Below are positions 19,011 to 27,791 of a stretch of DNA of 62,297 nucleotides, in pieces. This DNA comes from Candidatus Pristimantibacillus sp. Lineage in GTDB: Bacteria > Patescibacteriota > Saccharimonadia > Saccharimonadales > UBA4665. Position 1 is the stretch's first letter; each line of letters starts with the position of its first letter. The stretch is from assembly GCA_035491975.1 (NCBI GenBank), contig DATJJV010000046.1:1-62297 (forward strand), read 5' to 3'. The notes beneath the pieces were generated by a model. That model worked only from the letters and a program-made list of their open reading frames with translations. It was not told the origin of the DNA and did not search any database. Made by a program: the position numbers and the translations under genes.

Positions 19011-19544
19011 ATGGCACACATTCACACCGATCCCGGACAGCACGATTTAACAGTCAGCGCATTTATTATCCGCACCGACCTGGGCGAGCCGGCCGTTCTG
19101 CTGCACCGGCACCGCATACTTAATAAATGGTTGCAATTCGGCGGCCATGTCGAACTCAACGAGAATCCTTGGCAAGCTATTGCCCACGAGCTCGCCGAGG
19201 AGTCGGGCTACGAGCTCAAGACGCTCAAACTTCTGCAGCCGCCCGGTTCGCAGCTTCATCTGGAGAAAACTGTTTCGCACCCGCTGCCCGCCCAGCTGAG
19301 CACTCACCCCTTCGGAGACCTCGACCACCGACACATCGACATCGCCTATGCCTTTGTAGCCGACCAACCGCCACAGCACGAAGTGGGCGAGGGCGAATCA
19401 CAGACCTTGCAGGCCTTCACCGCCAAACAACTTACTGCTTTGGGCGAGGACGAAGTCGCCCCCGGCGTCTGCGAAATCTCGCTGCACATCCTCGAAGAAT
19501 ACCTGCCGAACTGGCAGCAAGTGCCAACAACAGACTGGCGCTAA
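19011..19544 (+). CDS. NUDIX hydrolase
   Basis: WLQFGGHVELNENPWQAIAHELAEESG. Confidence 0.88.
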   Translation: MAHIHTDPGQHDLTVSAFIIRTDLGEPAVLLHRHRILNKWLQFGGHVELNENPWQAIAHELAEESGYELKTLKLLQPPGSQLHLEKTVSHPLPAQLSTHPFGDLDHRHIDIAYAFVADQPPQHEVGEGESQTLQAFTAKQLTALGEDEVAPGVCEISLHILEEYLPNWQQVPTTDWR

Positions 19545-19546
19545 CC

Positions 19547-20179
19547 CTACGCGAACGAGCTGGTCAGTACCAGCGCTACCAAAAGCGGCACCACCAGGTT
19601 GTCCATGCCTTCGCCGGAGACAATCTCGCCCACGGTGGCCATAATCGGCAGCCATAGCAGTTTCATGGCGCTCGGGTCAGCGCCGCTAAAGGACACGTAC
19701 CAAATCATGATCGATATCGAGGTGAAGAAAAACGCCAGACTGCCGGCGAGGCTTTTGGTACGGCCCATAATCCGATAACTGTTGTGCTCGCCGTAGGCCA
19801 GGCCGATTACCGCCGCCAGTCCGTCGGCCAAGCTGAGGTGCAGCATCGCTGCCGCAAAGATCCATTGATTGCTGCTGATAAATGCCAGGATACCGATGAT
19901 AATCGCAAACAGCACCTCGCCCATACTCTTGCGCGAAATAGCGTGAACCGAGCTAAAGATACTGAACTTGATCGAGAGCAATACCACCACTAGGAACATT
20001 ACGCTCAGCAGCTGGATTTGCCGCCAACTTAAAAAGAACGGCCAAAAGGCCACAAACATGCCCACCAAGACGTGGACGATTTTGCGGGTTAGTTCGGAGT
20101 GGACGCCTTTATAGCGCGAAAGATATTCGGCAAAGAGTAGGATCAAGAAGACTACGGCAACCGCAGCAATTGTGAGCAT
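19547..20179 (-). CDS. Phytol/dolichol kinase-like (CTP-dependent polyprenol kinase) membrane protein
   Basis: RKIVH, ADGLAAVIG, KSLAGS, DNLVVP motifs. Confidence 0.85.
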   Translation of the reverse strand: MLTIAAVAVVFLILLFAEYLSRYKGVHSELTRKIVHVLVGMFVAFWPFFLSWRQIQLLSVMFLVVVLLSIKFSIFSSVHAISRKSMGEVLFAIIIGILAFISSNQWIFAAAMLHLSLADGLAAVIGLAYGEHNSYRIMGRTKSLAGSLAFFFTSISIMIWYVSFSGADPSAMKLLWLPIMATVGEIVSGEGMDNLVVPLLVALVLTSSFA

Positions 20180-20188
20180 GCCCCTATT

Positions 20189-20593
20189 TTACACCAACTG
20201 GGCGATCAGGCTGTGGAGCTTCTGACGGTCGGCAACGGTCAATTTATCGCAACCCAACTGCTTTGGCAGAGCGGCGACAATGTCATCCATCATCTTCACG
20301 CCTTTGTCGGTCAGCTGGAGCATCTTGGCCCGGCGATCGTGTTCGTCTTCCTGCCTGGTAACCAAACCCTGCGTCACCAGCCTGTCGATAATACCGGTAA
20401 TATTCGAGGCGTCGCAGTGTAAGCTATGCGCTACCGTGCCCATGGTGATGGCGCCGCCGGCCTGAATCGTGTTCATCACATACAACTGCATGTGGGTGAG
20501 GCCATAATGCTCGGCAATTGCTCCCATCCCGCTTTTGATGTGCTTTACCAACTGTACCAAATCGTCGCAAACTTGCATCGATGAACTTTCCAT
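20189..20593 (-). CDS. MarR-family transcriptional regulator
   Basis: GLTHMQ, SNITGIIDRL, DRRAKMLQLTDKG; divergent from MFS gene. Confidence 0.92.
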   Translation of the reverse strand: MESSSMQVCDDLVQLVKHIKSGMGAIAEHYGLTHMQLYVMNTIQAGGAITMGTVAHSLHCDASNITGIIDRLVTQGLVTRQEDEHDRRAKMLQLTDKGVKMMDDIVAALPKQLGCDKLTVADRQKLHSLIAQLV

Positions 20594-20688
20594 GAACTCA
20601 TTTTAGTACAGAACATGAACATTTGACAACCTCAACCATTGAGCTATACTACCTTTTGTATTTCAAAAATAACCGTCAGGGGAACAGT

Positions 20689-22167
20689 GTGATTGAAAAA
20701 GTAAAACACAAGGGGATGGCGCTAGCGGTTTTGGCGGCGGCACAATTTATGGTTGTGTTGGACGCGACGATCGTTAATGTGGCTCTCCCCGCAATCCAGA
20801 AAACGCTTAACATTACGGCCGATTCGCAGCTGCAATGGGTCGTCACAGCTTACGCACTGATGTTCGGCGGCTTCCTGCTGCTCGGCGGACGTTTGGCCGA
20901 CCTGTTTGGCCGGCGGCGGCTGTTCTTGACCGGGGTGGTCATTTTTGCGATCGCCTCCCTGCTGGGCGGTCTGGCCCAAAACCTTGGGCAGTTGGTGCTT
21001 ATTCGCTCGCTGCAAGGCCTAGGCGGCGCATTATTGGCGCCGTCAGCGCTGTCTCTGGTGTTGACCATCTTCAAAGAAGGACCAGAGCGCAATAAGGCGC
21101 TCGGAATCTGGAGCATGATTGCGGCTGGAGGCGGCGCCGTGGGCCTGATCCTCGGCGGCGTGCTCACCCAATACATTAACTGGCGTTGGACGTTCTTTAT
21201 CAATGTGCCCATCGCCATACTCGTTTACTTCGCGGCCATGGAGTTTGTGCCGAACAGCTTACCAGGCAAGAAACAGCGCGTCGACCTGACCGGCGCCATC
21301 ACCATAACCGGCAGCCTAATGAGCCTGGTCTACGCTTTGGCTAAATCGCCGACCGCTGGTTGGGGCAGCACCACCGTACTGGGCATGCTCGGCCTGTCCG
21401 TCGTGTTGATGAGCATCTTTATTGTGAATGAATCAAAGGTTAAAGCTCCGCTGATCCGCCTAGGTATTTTCCGTCGCCGCAACGTCGCCGGCGGCAGCCT
21501 GCTGCAGCTATTGATGCCGGCCAGCATGTTCGGCATGTTCTTCTACCTCTCGATTTACTTGCAACACATCAAGGGCTTCACGCCGACAGAGGCCGGTCTC
21601 GCCAACCTGCCCTTCACTTTTATGGTTGTGTTGGTAGCGGCTGTCTTGTCCAAAAACATCACCAAGATTAACCCAAAGAGCGTGCTGATTGCGGCTCCGT
21701 TGGTCATCGCTGCAGGCTTGATTTACTTGTCGCACTTGCCGGTGGACAGCAACTACTGGACCGACATCCTGCCAGCCATTCTAATGTGCTCGGCGGGCAT
21801 GGCTTCCGTGTTTGTGACCACCACGATGGTAGTAACCAGCGGCGTATCGCATGAAGAGTCCGGCCTAATTTCCGGCTTGCTCAACACTGGCCAGCAGGTC
21901 GGTGGCGCCATCGGCCTGGCCGTCCTAACAGTAGTCTCTACTACCGTGAGTAAGCACGACCTGGCCGCAGCTGCGGGTAATGCTGCCGCCGTGCCAGGTG
22001 CTTTGGTGCACGGCTTCCAACGCGGGTTCCTGACCGCTTCGCTCTTCGCCATCGCCGGCGCGCTGGTTGTGACCTTCGTGATCAAGACGCACAAGGCAAC
22101 CCAAGCCGATCTGGCCCAAGAGGCCGAGACTGAGGCCGAGGCAATGCCGGCCGCACCTGGCGTGTAA
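20689..22167 (+). CDS. DHA2-family (14-TM) MFS efflux transporter
   Basis: MVVLDATIVNVALP, GGRLADLFGRRR, WRWTFFINVPI. Confidence 0.92.
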   Translation: MIEKVKHKGMALAVLAAAQFMVVLDATIVNVALPAIQKTLNITADSQLQWVVTAYALMFGGFLLLGGRLADLFGRRRLFLTGVVIFAIASLLGGLAQNLGQLVLIRSLQGLGGALLAPSALSLVLTIFKEGPERNKALGIWSMIAAGGGAVGLILGGVLTQYINWRWTFFINVPIAILVYFAAMEFVPNSLPGKKQRVDLTGAITITGSLMSLVYALAKSPTAGWGSTTVLGMLGLSVVLMSIFIVNESKVKAPLIRLGIFRRRNVAGGSLLQLLMPASMFGMFFYLSIYLQHIKGFTPTEAGLANLPFTFMVVLVAAVLSKNITKINPKSVLIAAPLVIAAGLIYLSHLPVDSNYWTDILPAILMCSAGMASVFVTTTMVVTSGVSHEESGLISGLLNTGQQVGGAIGLAVLTVVSTTVSKHDLAAAAGNAAAVPGALVHGFQRGFLTASLFAIAGALVVTFVIKTHKATQADLAQEAETEAEAMPAAPGV

Positions 22168-22207
22168 GCCCACTGTTAGCCCTGCGGATTGTGCTACGAT
22201 GTAACGA

Positions 22208-22999
22208 ATGCGACCAGCCTGGATAAAACCAATCCCCAAAAATCTTACGCTCAAGCTCGACGGCAAGGTCGCGATACCTGCCGACACTCGTGAAAAGATA
22301 GACGAAAATTGGCAACAGCTCGCCGCCCGGAACCATCGCCTGTACAACGGCGAGATTTTTACGGTCACTAACGTGGACGACACAGACCGGGGAACTACCG
22401 TTACGCTAGCCGAAACAGACTACGCCCACTACCTATACAGCCGGCAAACCGGTGACCTGGGCGAGCTGACAGTCCGCGTCATACACCCTGCTGCTTTGGT
22501 TGTAAGTTCGGACGACAAGTTTGTCTTTGGCGTAATGGCAGAATATACCAGCGAGCCGTCTGTTATCCAGTGTTGCGGCGGGGGCATCGACAACAACGAT
22601 GTCGAAGATGGCATTATCGACATGAATGTATGTATCGCTAGGGAGCTTAACGAAGAGTTGGGAGTCAACATCCAAGACGGGAAAATCGTTGAAGCGTTTT
22701 ACCCGGCCTACCTAAAATCAGGCGGTCCAACTGGCAAAATGACAGCTGTATACATCCTCCGGGTAAAACAATCTGGAGCCGATTTCATGAGATACTACCA
22801 GCACTTTGTCCAGGGCCTGGCGGCCCGTAACCAGGAGCCGGAGTTCTCCCGGCTCATATGCATAAACAGTGACGAGCAGAGTGTAGAGGATTTCATAAAA
22901 AATTCCGAGGGGAACCTGAATGACTATATGGCCGTAGCTCTACGGGCAGCACAGGAAGACCTGCAACACCAAAGATCAAAAGGCCTCGTAAAAATATAG
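22208..22999 (+). CDS. NUDIX-fold protein
   Basis: LYNG...GGGID...IARELNEELG. Confidence 0.7.
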   Translation: MRPAWIKPIPKNLTLKLDGKVAIPADTREKIDENWQQLAARNHRLYNGEIFTVTNVDDTDRGTTVTLAETDYAHYLYSRQTGDLGELTVRVIHPAALVVSSDDKFVFGVMAEYTSEPSVIQCCGGGIDNNDVEDGIIDMNVCIARELNEELGVNIQDGKIVEAFYPAYLKSGGPTGKMTAVYILRVKQSGADFMRYYQHFVQGLAARNQEPEFSRLICINSDEQSVEDFIKNSEGNLNDYMAVALRAAQEDLQHQRSKGLVKI

Positions 23000-23011
23000 C
23001 CGTTTAGGGCA

Positions 23012-23049
23012 AACAAAAAACGGCCGCTTCTAGGCGGTCGTTTTTTGTT
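23012..23049. terminator. Bidirectional intrinsic terminator
   Basis: AACAAAAAACGGCCGC...GCGGTCGTTTTTTGTT. Confidence 0.8.
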
Positions 23050-23208
23050 GGTCGGGGTGATCCGACTGGCGTGCTTCGCACTTTTCCGCTGCGGCGTGCT
23101 CGGTGCAAGCACCTGCGCGCGTCCTCGCTTCACGACCGGACTTCGTCCGCCCAAACTGGCATTCGTCCAGTCAAGAAAATACCACCGCAAAAAGCGGTGG
23201 TATTTTCT
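23048..23208 (-). mobile_element. Family-A tRNA-3'-anchored mini-element at tRNA-Pro(CGG)
   Basis: 20-nt direct repeat TTGGTCGGGGTGATCCGACT (23048-23067 and 23208-23227), core 23068-23137, anti-T-arm about 23143-23154, hairpin. Confidence 0.65.
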
Positions 23209-23284
23209 TGGTCGGGGTGATCCGACTTGAACGGACGACCTCAGCGTCCCGAACGCTGCGCGCTACCAACTGCGCCACACCCCG
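23209..23284 (-). tRNA. tRNA-Pro(CGG)
   Basis: CGGGGTG acceptor, CAGCG-TT-CGG-GA-CGCTG, GTTCAAGT, CCA. Confidence 0.95.
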
Positions 23285-23441
23285 ACGAACAGCGTTATTA
23301 TACCTCGTTACCCCTGTTCTGGCAATCCATCAAAAGGGCGATTATCTGTATCACCATAGTGTAAAACGCAACATGTAGTGCTTATGTATTGACACTGCAC
23401 ACCATAGGTGGATAATAGTTTCTGTGATAGGAGACACAAAC

Positions 23442-23855
23442 ATGGGGGAAAAACAAGAATCAAAAAAACTAATTGTGGCTATCGTCGCCATATTAGTGCT
23501 AATGACCGGCGCCACCAGCTACGTGCTGAAAAGCCGGCTGGGCGGCAACGATTCGGCAGCGCCGGTCGCCACCGTACAAACGTCGCCGCGGGTGGCTGGC
23601 GACCAGACTGCTAAAGATACCTACCTGACCTATAACGGGGTTGATGGCAAAAACGCACTAGATTTGCTCAAGGCCAACGCCACCGTCGTAACCAAAGATT
23701 CCTCATACGGCCCGTACGTCGACACCATTAACGGCGTAAAGGGCGGCACCGACGGCAAATACTGGGCATTCTATGTGAATGGCAACTTGGCCCAAGTTGG
23801 CGCAGCTGATTATCAAACAAAAACCGGAGACAAAATAGAGTGGAAGTTCGAGTAA
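23442..23855 (+). CDS. DUF4430 (transcobalamin C-terminal-like) membrane-anchored protein
   Basis: TM then YGPYVDTINGV...YWAFYVNG...VGA...GDKIEW. Confidence 0.85.
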   Translation: MGEKQESKKLIVAIVAILVLMTGATSYVLKSRLGGNDSAAPVATVQTSPRVAGDQTAKDTYLTYNGVDGKNALDLLKANATVVTKDSSYGPYVDTINGVKGGTDGKYWAFYVNGNLAQVGAADYQTKTGDKIEWKFE

Positions 23856-24376
23856 AAGGCACCTTAGCCTGGGTTGCGCTGGCCCTGGTCGTGTTCGGAG
23901 TGATAATGCGCCTGTTGCCGCATCCGGCCAACTTCGCGCCAGTCGGCGCTATCGCCTTGTTCGGCGGGGCAATACTACACCGCAAGCTCGGCTGGTGGCT
24001 GCCGCTGGCCGTAATGGTCGTGTCAGATCTCATCATCGGCTTTTACGACGGCATCGTATTTACCTGGATCGCCTTCTTGCTGGTTGGGTTATATGGCATG
24101 AGTTTGCGGCAGCAGAACAATTGGCGGCGCATCCCGCTTGGCGCTTTGGGCAGCGCGGTTATTTTCTTCATCGTCTCCAACTTCGGAGTTTGGGCGGAAG
24201 GGCGGATGTATGCACACACTTGGTCCGGCTTAGCGGAGTGCTACCAGATGGCATTGCCTTTCTTCCGCAATACGTTTGTGAGCGATTTGGCGTATAGCGC
24301 CGTATTATTCGGAGTATATGCGGCGGCCGTCCGTTTTGTGCCCCAGCCCGTACCCGAAACGACAACGGATAGATAA
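23840..24376 (+). CDS. DUF6580-family putative transporter (S-component-like)
   Basis: RLLPHPANFAPVGAIALFGG, FFIVSNFGVW, CYxMALPFFRNT. Confidence 0.8.
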   Translation: MEVRVKGTLAWVALALVVFGVIMRLLPHPANFAPVGAIALFGGAILHRKLGWWLPLAVMVVSDLIIGFYDGIVFTWIAFLLVGLYGMSLRQQNNWRRIPLGALGSAVIFFIVSNFGVWAEGRMYAHTWSGLAECYQMALPFFRNTFVSDLAYSAVLFGVYAAAVRFVPQPVPETTTDR

Positions 24377-24432
24377 CGCGTGAGGTTGGCAGGCGTGGCC
24401 GCTCGTGCTTAAATACAGCAATAACCAAAAAC

Positions 24433-25116
24433 ATGACAGCAACAATTGAAGGCCAGTCTGTTACCTATACATATACACCGGCAGATGGCGCCCCAGAAAC
24501 GAAAATATTTGATGTATTCATCCCGGAGGATGTCGCCCGCCCGCGCATTAGTGTAATTGCCGGGTATGTCGGCGACATCATCGCCAGCGACCCCGAAAAC
24601 GTCATCATCTCGGAAGTCGAGAAAGGCGGCAAGCAACTTACCAAGGCGATCATGGATGAGGTGACCGAGCGAGACGCGTCTCTCCAGCCGCAGCGGATGC
24701 CGATCCGGGCAACGCGATACCATGGCGCCGAGGCTGCTGCAGAGCTGACCGTGGAGAAAGATTTCGACACGACGCCGGGGGCGCTCGAGGGTAAAACTGT
24801 CATTATCATTGATGAGGTGGTCGATGCGGCCGTCGTCGCCGAATGGTCCATCAAACGCGCCCGTGAGCTCGGCGCCAAAGCCGTCATCTTCGTGACTCTC
24901 GCCAACAAACCAAATGCTGAAGGTAGGCGCGAGATCAACCCGAACCTGTTTATTGTCGGCTTCGACAATATCCCGGAGTGGGCCTTCCTGCTCGGCTGGG
25001 GCATGGACTGGCACGAAGACGGCCGTGAGCTGACGGCCATCTACCGCGAACGCGATCCGCGGACAGCCGGCTACACTGTACCTGATATGCCGGCTCGGAT
25101 ATTGCAAGCTGCGTAG
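24433..25116 (+). CDS. Type I phosphoribosyltransferase-fold protein (HPRT-like, divergent)
   Basis: GKTVIIIDEVVD, TLANKP, FLLGWGMD...GREL. Confidence 0.7.
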   Translation: MTATIEGQSVTYTYTPADGAPETKIFDVFIPEDVARPRISVIAGYVGDIIASDPENVIISEVEKGGKQLTKAIMDEVTERDASLQPQRMPIRATRYHGAEAAAELTVEKDFDTTPGALEGKTVIIIDEVVDAAVVAEWSIKRARELGAKAVIFVTLANKPNAEGRREINPNLFIVGFDNIPEWAFLLGWGMDWHEDGRELTAIYRERDPRTAGYTVPDMPARILQAA

Positions 25117-25217
25117 TGAAAGGGTAAGAGGGACTGCCTGCGCACATCTCGTCGGCTTCTCGGGGCACGCTCCTACGAGGCCTCCTTACGAACGAACCCA
25201 GTCCTTCGGCTCAGATA

Positions 25218-25257
25218 AAAGAAAAGTACCTGGGCAAATGCCTAGGTACTTTTCTTT
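25218..25257 (-). terminator. Terminator hairpin after tRNA-Pro(TGG)
   Basis: AAAGAAAAGTACCTGGGC / GCCTAGGTACTTTTCTTT. Confidence 0.8.
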
Positions 25258-25332
25258 GGTCGGGGTGAAAGGACTCGAACCTTCGACCTCCTGGTCCCAA
25301 ACCAGGCGCGCTACCAACTGCGCCACACCCCG
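25257..25332 (-). tRNA. tRNA-Pro(TGG)
   Basis: CGGGGTG acceptor, CCTGG-TT-TGG-GA-CCAGG, GGTTCGAGTCC, CCA. Confidence 0.95.
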
Positions 25333-25410
25333 ACTATTCCCGGCTCCAGCTAATCTACGCTGAAACTTGAACAGGGGTATTATAGCAGAAAACTAACGGA
25401 GCCGCAGCCA

Positions 25411-25713
25411 CTACTCGGCCATGCACCACTCCGGGCTTTCAGCGCCAGCCGCTTCTGCCATCAGCTGGCCCAGCGCCTCAGCTTGGGGGCGGGGTGCCGG
25501 CGGGGAAAACTCCACGCCGGAATTATCGCCAGCAGTCAGATCAATTACACCTGTGACAGCGACTCGGGCTCCTTCGAAATATCCTTGATTACGGACTCTC
25601 CGAACGAGTTGGTGCAGCGCGTCCGGGCCAAGCCCTCGGACGCTAATCTTCGCAACCGTCTCGTTAGACGGATCCGCAGAATAGATAATGACGCCCGGCT
25701 GCTGCTCACCCAT
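25411..25713 (-). CDS. Hypothetical protein
   Basis: 100-aa ATG ORF co-directional with neighbours. Confidence 0.5.
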   Translation of the reverse strand: MGEQQPGVIIYSADPSNETVAKISVRGLGPDALHQLVRRVRNQGYFEGARVAVTGVIDLTAGDNSGVEFSPPAPRPQAEALGQLMAEAAGAESPEWCMAE

Positions 25714-25757
25714 AGCTAAGGCTTACTGTAAACTCATCCGCCTCGTCTGGCAATTTA

Positions 25758-26558
25758 TTAAGAAATGACTTGTTGGATGGCTTGGGCCGCGGTCGCTAGG
25801 CCGGTGCGGGTACTGGTTTTGATAAGCAGGGCATTGAACTGCATGCGGCCGGTGGTTTCCAGCTCGTTGCGAGTAACTTTGCCGTCGCGCCAACGCGGGA
25901 TGAGAATATCGAGACGCACACCGAGGGACGAATCGAGCGAGCCGCACATACCCACATCAGTAATATGCGCTGTGCCTTTGGGCAGCACCTCAGCGTCGGC
26001 CGTCGGCACATGCCAGTGGTCGCCGACCACGGCCGTTACCCGGCCGTCCAGGTAGTAGCCGATAATTCGTTTCTCGCTGGAGAAATCGCCGTGGAAATTC
26101 ACGATGGTTGCGGCGCGTGTCACGTGGTTTTCTTTTTCCAAAATCGCATCGATAACCTGCAGCGGGTTGTCGACCGGCTTGTCGGCATCCTTGCCGACGA
26201 TTTGGCCGAGCAGGCTAATAACCAGCACCCTGCCTTTCGGCGTTTCGGTATATTTGTAGCCAAGGCCTGGCGTGCCTCCGGGATAGTTGGCCGGGCGGAT
26301 GATTGGCGCTTTGGGGTCGTCAAGCAAGGGAAAGATTTCAGCGCGGGCGAAGGTATGGTTGCCGCCGGTACAGAAATCAACGCCTGCCTTCTTCAGACGT
26401 TCCAGGTCGGCCGGCCGCACGCCCTTACCGTCGCTTAGGTTCTCAGCCTGGGCAACGACCAGGTCAACCTCGTGTTCCTCGCGTAGTTTGGGCAGCAGTT
26501 TTTCAACCAACTGCAAGCCGGGTTCGCCCATCACATCGCCAAGATACAAAATGTTCAT
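25758..26558 (-). CDS. ymdB: YmdB/TIGR00282-family metallophosphoesterase
   Basis: ILYLGDVMG, AENL, TGGNH, RPANYP, HWHVPTAD, TDVGMCG; downstream of rny. Confidence 0.92.
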   Translation of the reverse strand: MNILYLGDVMGEPGLQLVEKLLPKLREEHEVDLVVAQAENLSDGKGVRPADLERLKKAGVDFCTGGNHTFARAEIFPLLDDPKAPIIRPANYPGGTPGLGYKYTETPKGRVLVISLLGQIVGKDADKPVDNPLQVIDAILEKENHVTRAATIVNFHGDFSSEKRIIGYYLDGRVTAVVGDHWHVPTADAEVLPKGTAHITDVGMCGSLDSSLGVRLDILIPRWRDGKVTRNELETTGRMQFNALLIKTSTRTGLATAAQAIQQVIS

Positions 26559-27154
26559 GACTTCCGTTTCTGTTCAAATGCTTCGGGCACTGGCGCCTCA
26601 AAAGTGATGAGCGGTGCGCGGTCAATGTCTTCATCGCTCACCTCGTACTCAGCCTGATATGCCACCTCGACACTGCCATGGCAAGCCTGGCTCCAATCCA
26701 AACCGAGTTTGGCGGCGCAGTCCTTAACCGCTTGTTCGTCCGGGCCTTCAATCTCCAGGAATGGTTTGACCCACGGCCACTCATCCAGCTCGATTTCACA
26801 CTCGCCGAGCCGCCAGCTTTCGCGTTTGGTCTCCTGGTAATTGACTTGAACCAGGCCGATAGCCTGCAAAAACGCATCGGCAGCATCCATGCTGTCGATC
26901 TTAATACTCACCTCTTTTGTGCCGTCGAAATCGCGGTTGTCGAGCTGTTTATAATCGAGTGTAATTTGATTACCGCTATCACGCACGCGCACCCAGGCGT
27001 GTTTATCGCGGTCCAGCCGCCAGTCCGGATAGTCATAATTTTTTCGCTTGGTGAGACGCATTGGCTGCACGCACTCCGCACCAGCCTGGTGTAACGCAAC
27101 ACGTAAGGCGTCATGGTCGACATTTAAAAACTTGGCTTCAATCTCCGGCTTCAT
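26555..27154 (-). CDS. CYTH domain protein
   Basis: EIEAKF, WVRVR, RESW, FLEIEG. Confidence 0.88.
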   Translation of the reverse strand: MKPEIEAKFLNVDHDALRVALHQAGAECVQPMRLTKRKNYDYPDWRLDRDKHAWVRVRDSGNQITLDYKQLDNRDFDGTKEVSIKIDSMDAADAFLQAIGLVQVNYQETKRESWRLGECEIELDEWPWVKPFLEIEGPDEQAVKDCAAKLGLDWSQACHGSVEVAYQAEYEVSDEDIDRAPLITFEAPVPEAFEQKRKS

Positions 27155-27160
27155 TGCTTC

Positions 27161-27778
27161 CTATTCTAGCGTAAGGTTGTTCTCTTTTTGAATGATTGCT
27201 TTTACGTCGTCCACAATCTGCTGCGGCGAGGTCGCCTGCAAGGTGTGCATCCCCAGAGTTTCTGGCGGCATGCAGCGCATTTGATCATCGATAAATAGTA
27301 CCTCGTTGGCCGGCAGGCCCAGATCTTCCAGGGCCCGTTCGTAAAATGCCGGGTTGGGCTTGGCGATATGCAGCGCACAAGACAACAGCACCGGATCAAA
27401 GCCGTCGTACAGACCGGCGGCGCGGACTTGGTCAGCGCTAAATTGGTAGACGTTGGACAAAATGCCGGTGCGGATTCCGGCGGCGCGTAACTCAGCAGCC
27501 AGTTGGTAGACCGGCAGGCATGGGGTTATAAATTTCTGGTTATGCGCGTTGAATAGTTCGGCGTCGGCATGGGTCCTGCCCTCGCCATAACGTTTGTTGA
27601 GTTCACCAAAAAACTCTGCGGCGCTTATTTCGCCAACGATCAACTTGGCGTGCAGGTCGGCACTCCGAATCTCGCTCGGGTCAAGACCATACAACTCACC
27701 TAACGCCTCGGCGATGCCGGTGGCCCTGCCCGCTTCGGTCAGTACGCCGCCATAATCGAACAACACAGCCTTGATCAT
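27161..27778 (-). CDS. HAD-family phosphatase
   Basis: FDYGGVL, ILSN, KPNP, LFIDD. Confidence 0.9.
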   Translation of the reverse strand: MIKAVLFDYGGVLTEAGRATGIAEALGELYGLDPSEIRSADLHAKLIVGEISAAEFFGELNKRYGEGRTHADAELFNAHNQKFITPCLPVYQLAAELRAAGIRTGILSNVYQFSADQVRAAGLYDGFDPVLLSCALHIAKPNPAFYERALEDLGLPANEVLFIDDQMRCMPPETLGMHTLQATSPQQIVDDVKAIIQKENNLTLE

Positions 27779-27791
27779 ATCTCTATTGTAC

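Noticed and set aside
12559-23230. Short ORFs sharing the peptide FRCGVLGASTCARPRFT (12559-12828 and 23045-23230)
   Set aside because: Translation of the family-A non-coding core on its antisense strand; they overlap terminators, a tRNA or another gene.
23285-23441. Cobalamin riboswitch upstream of the DUF4430 gene
   Set aside because: No recognisable B12 box or GGGAA core; the region is short and also holds the divergent tRNA promoter.
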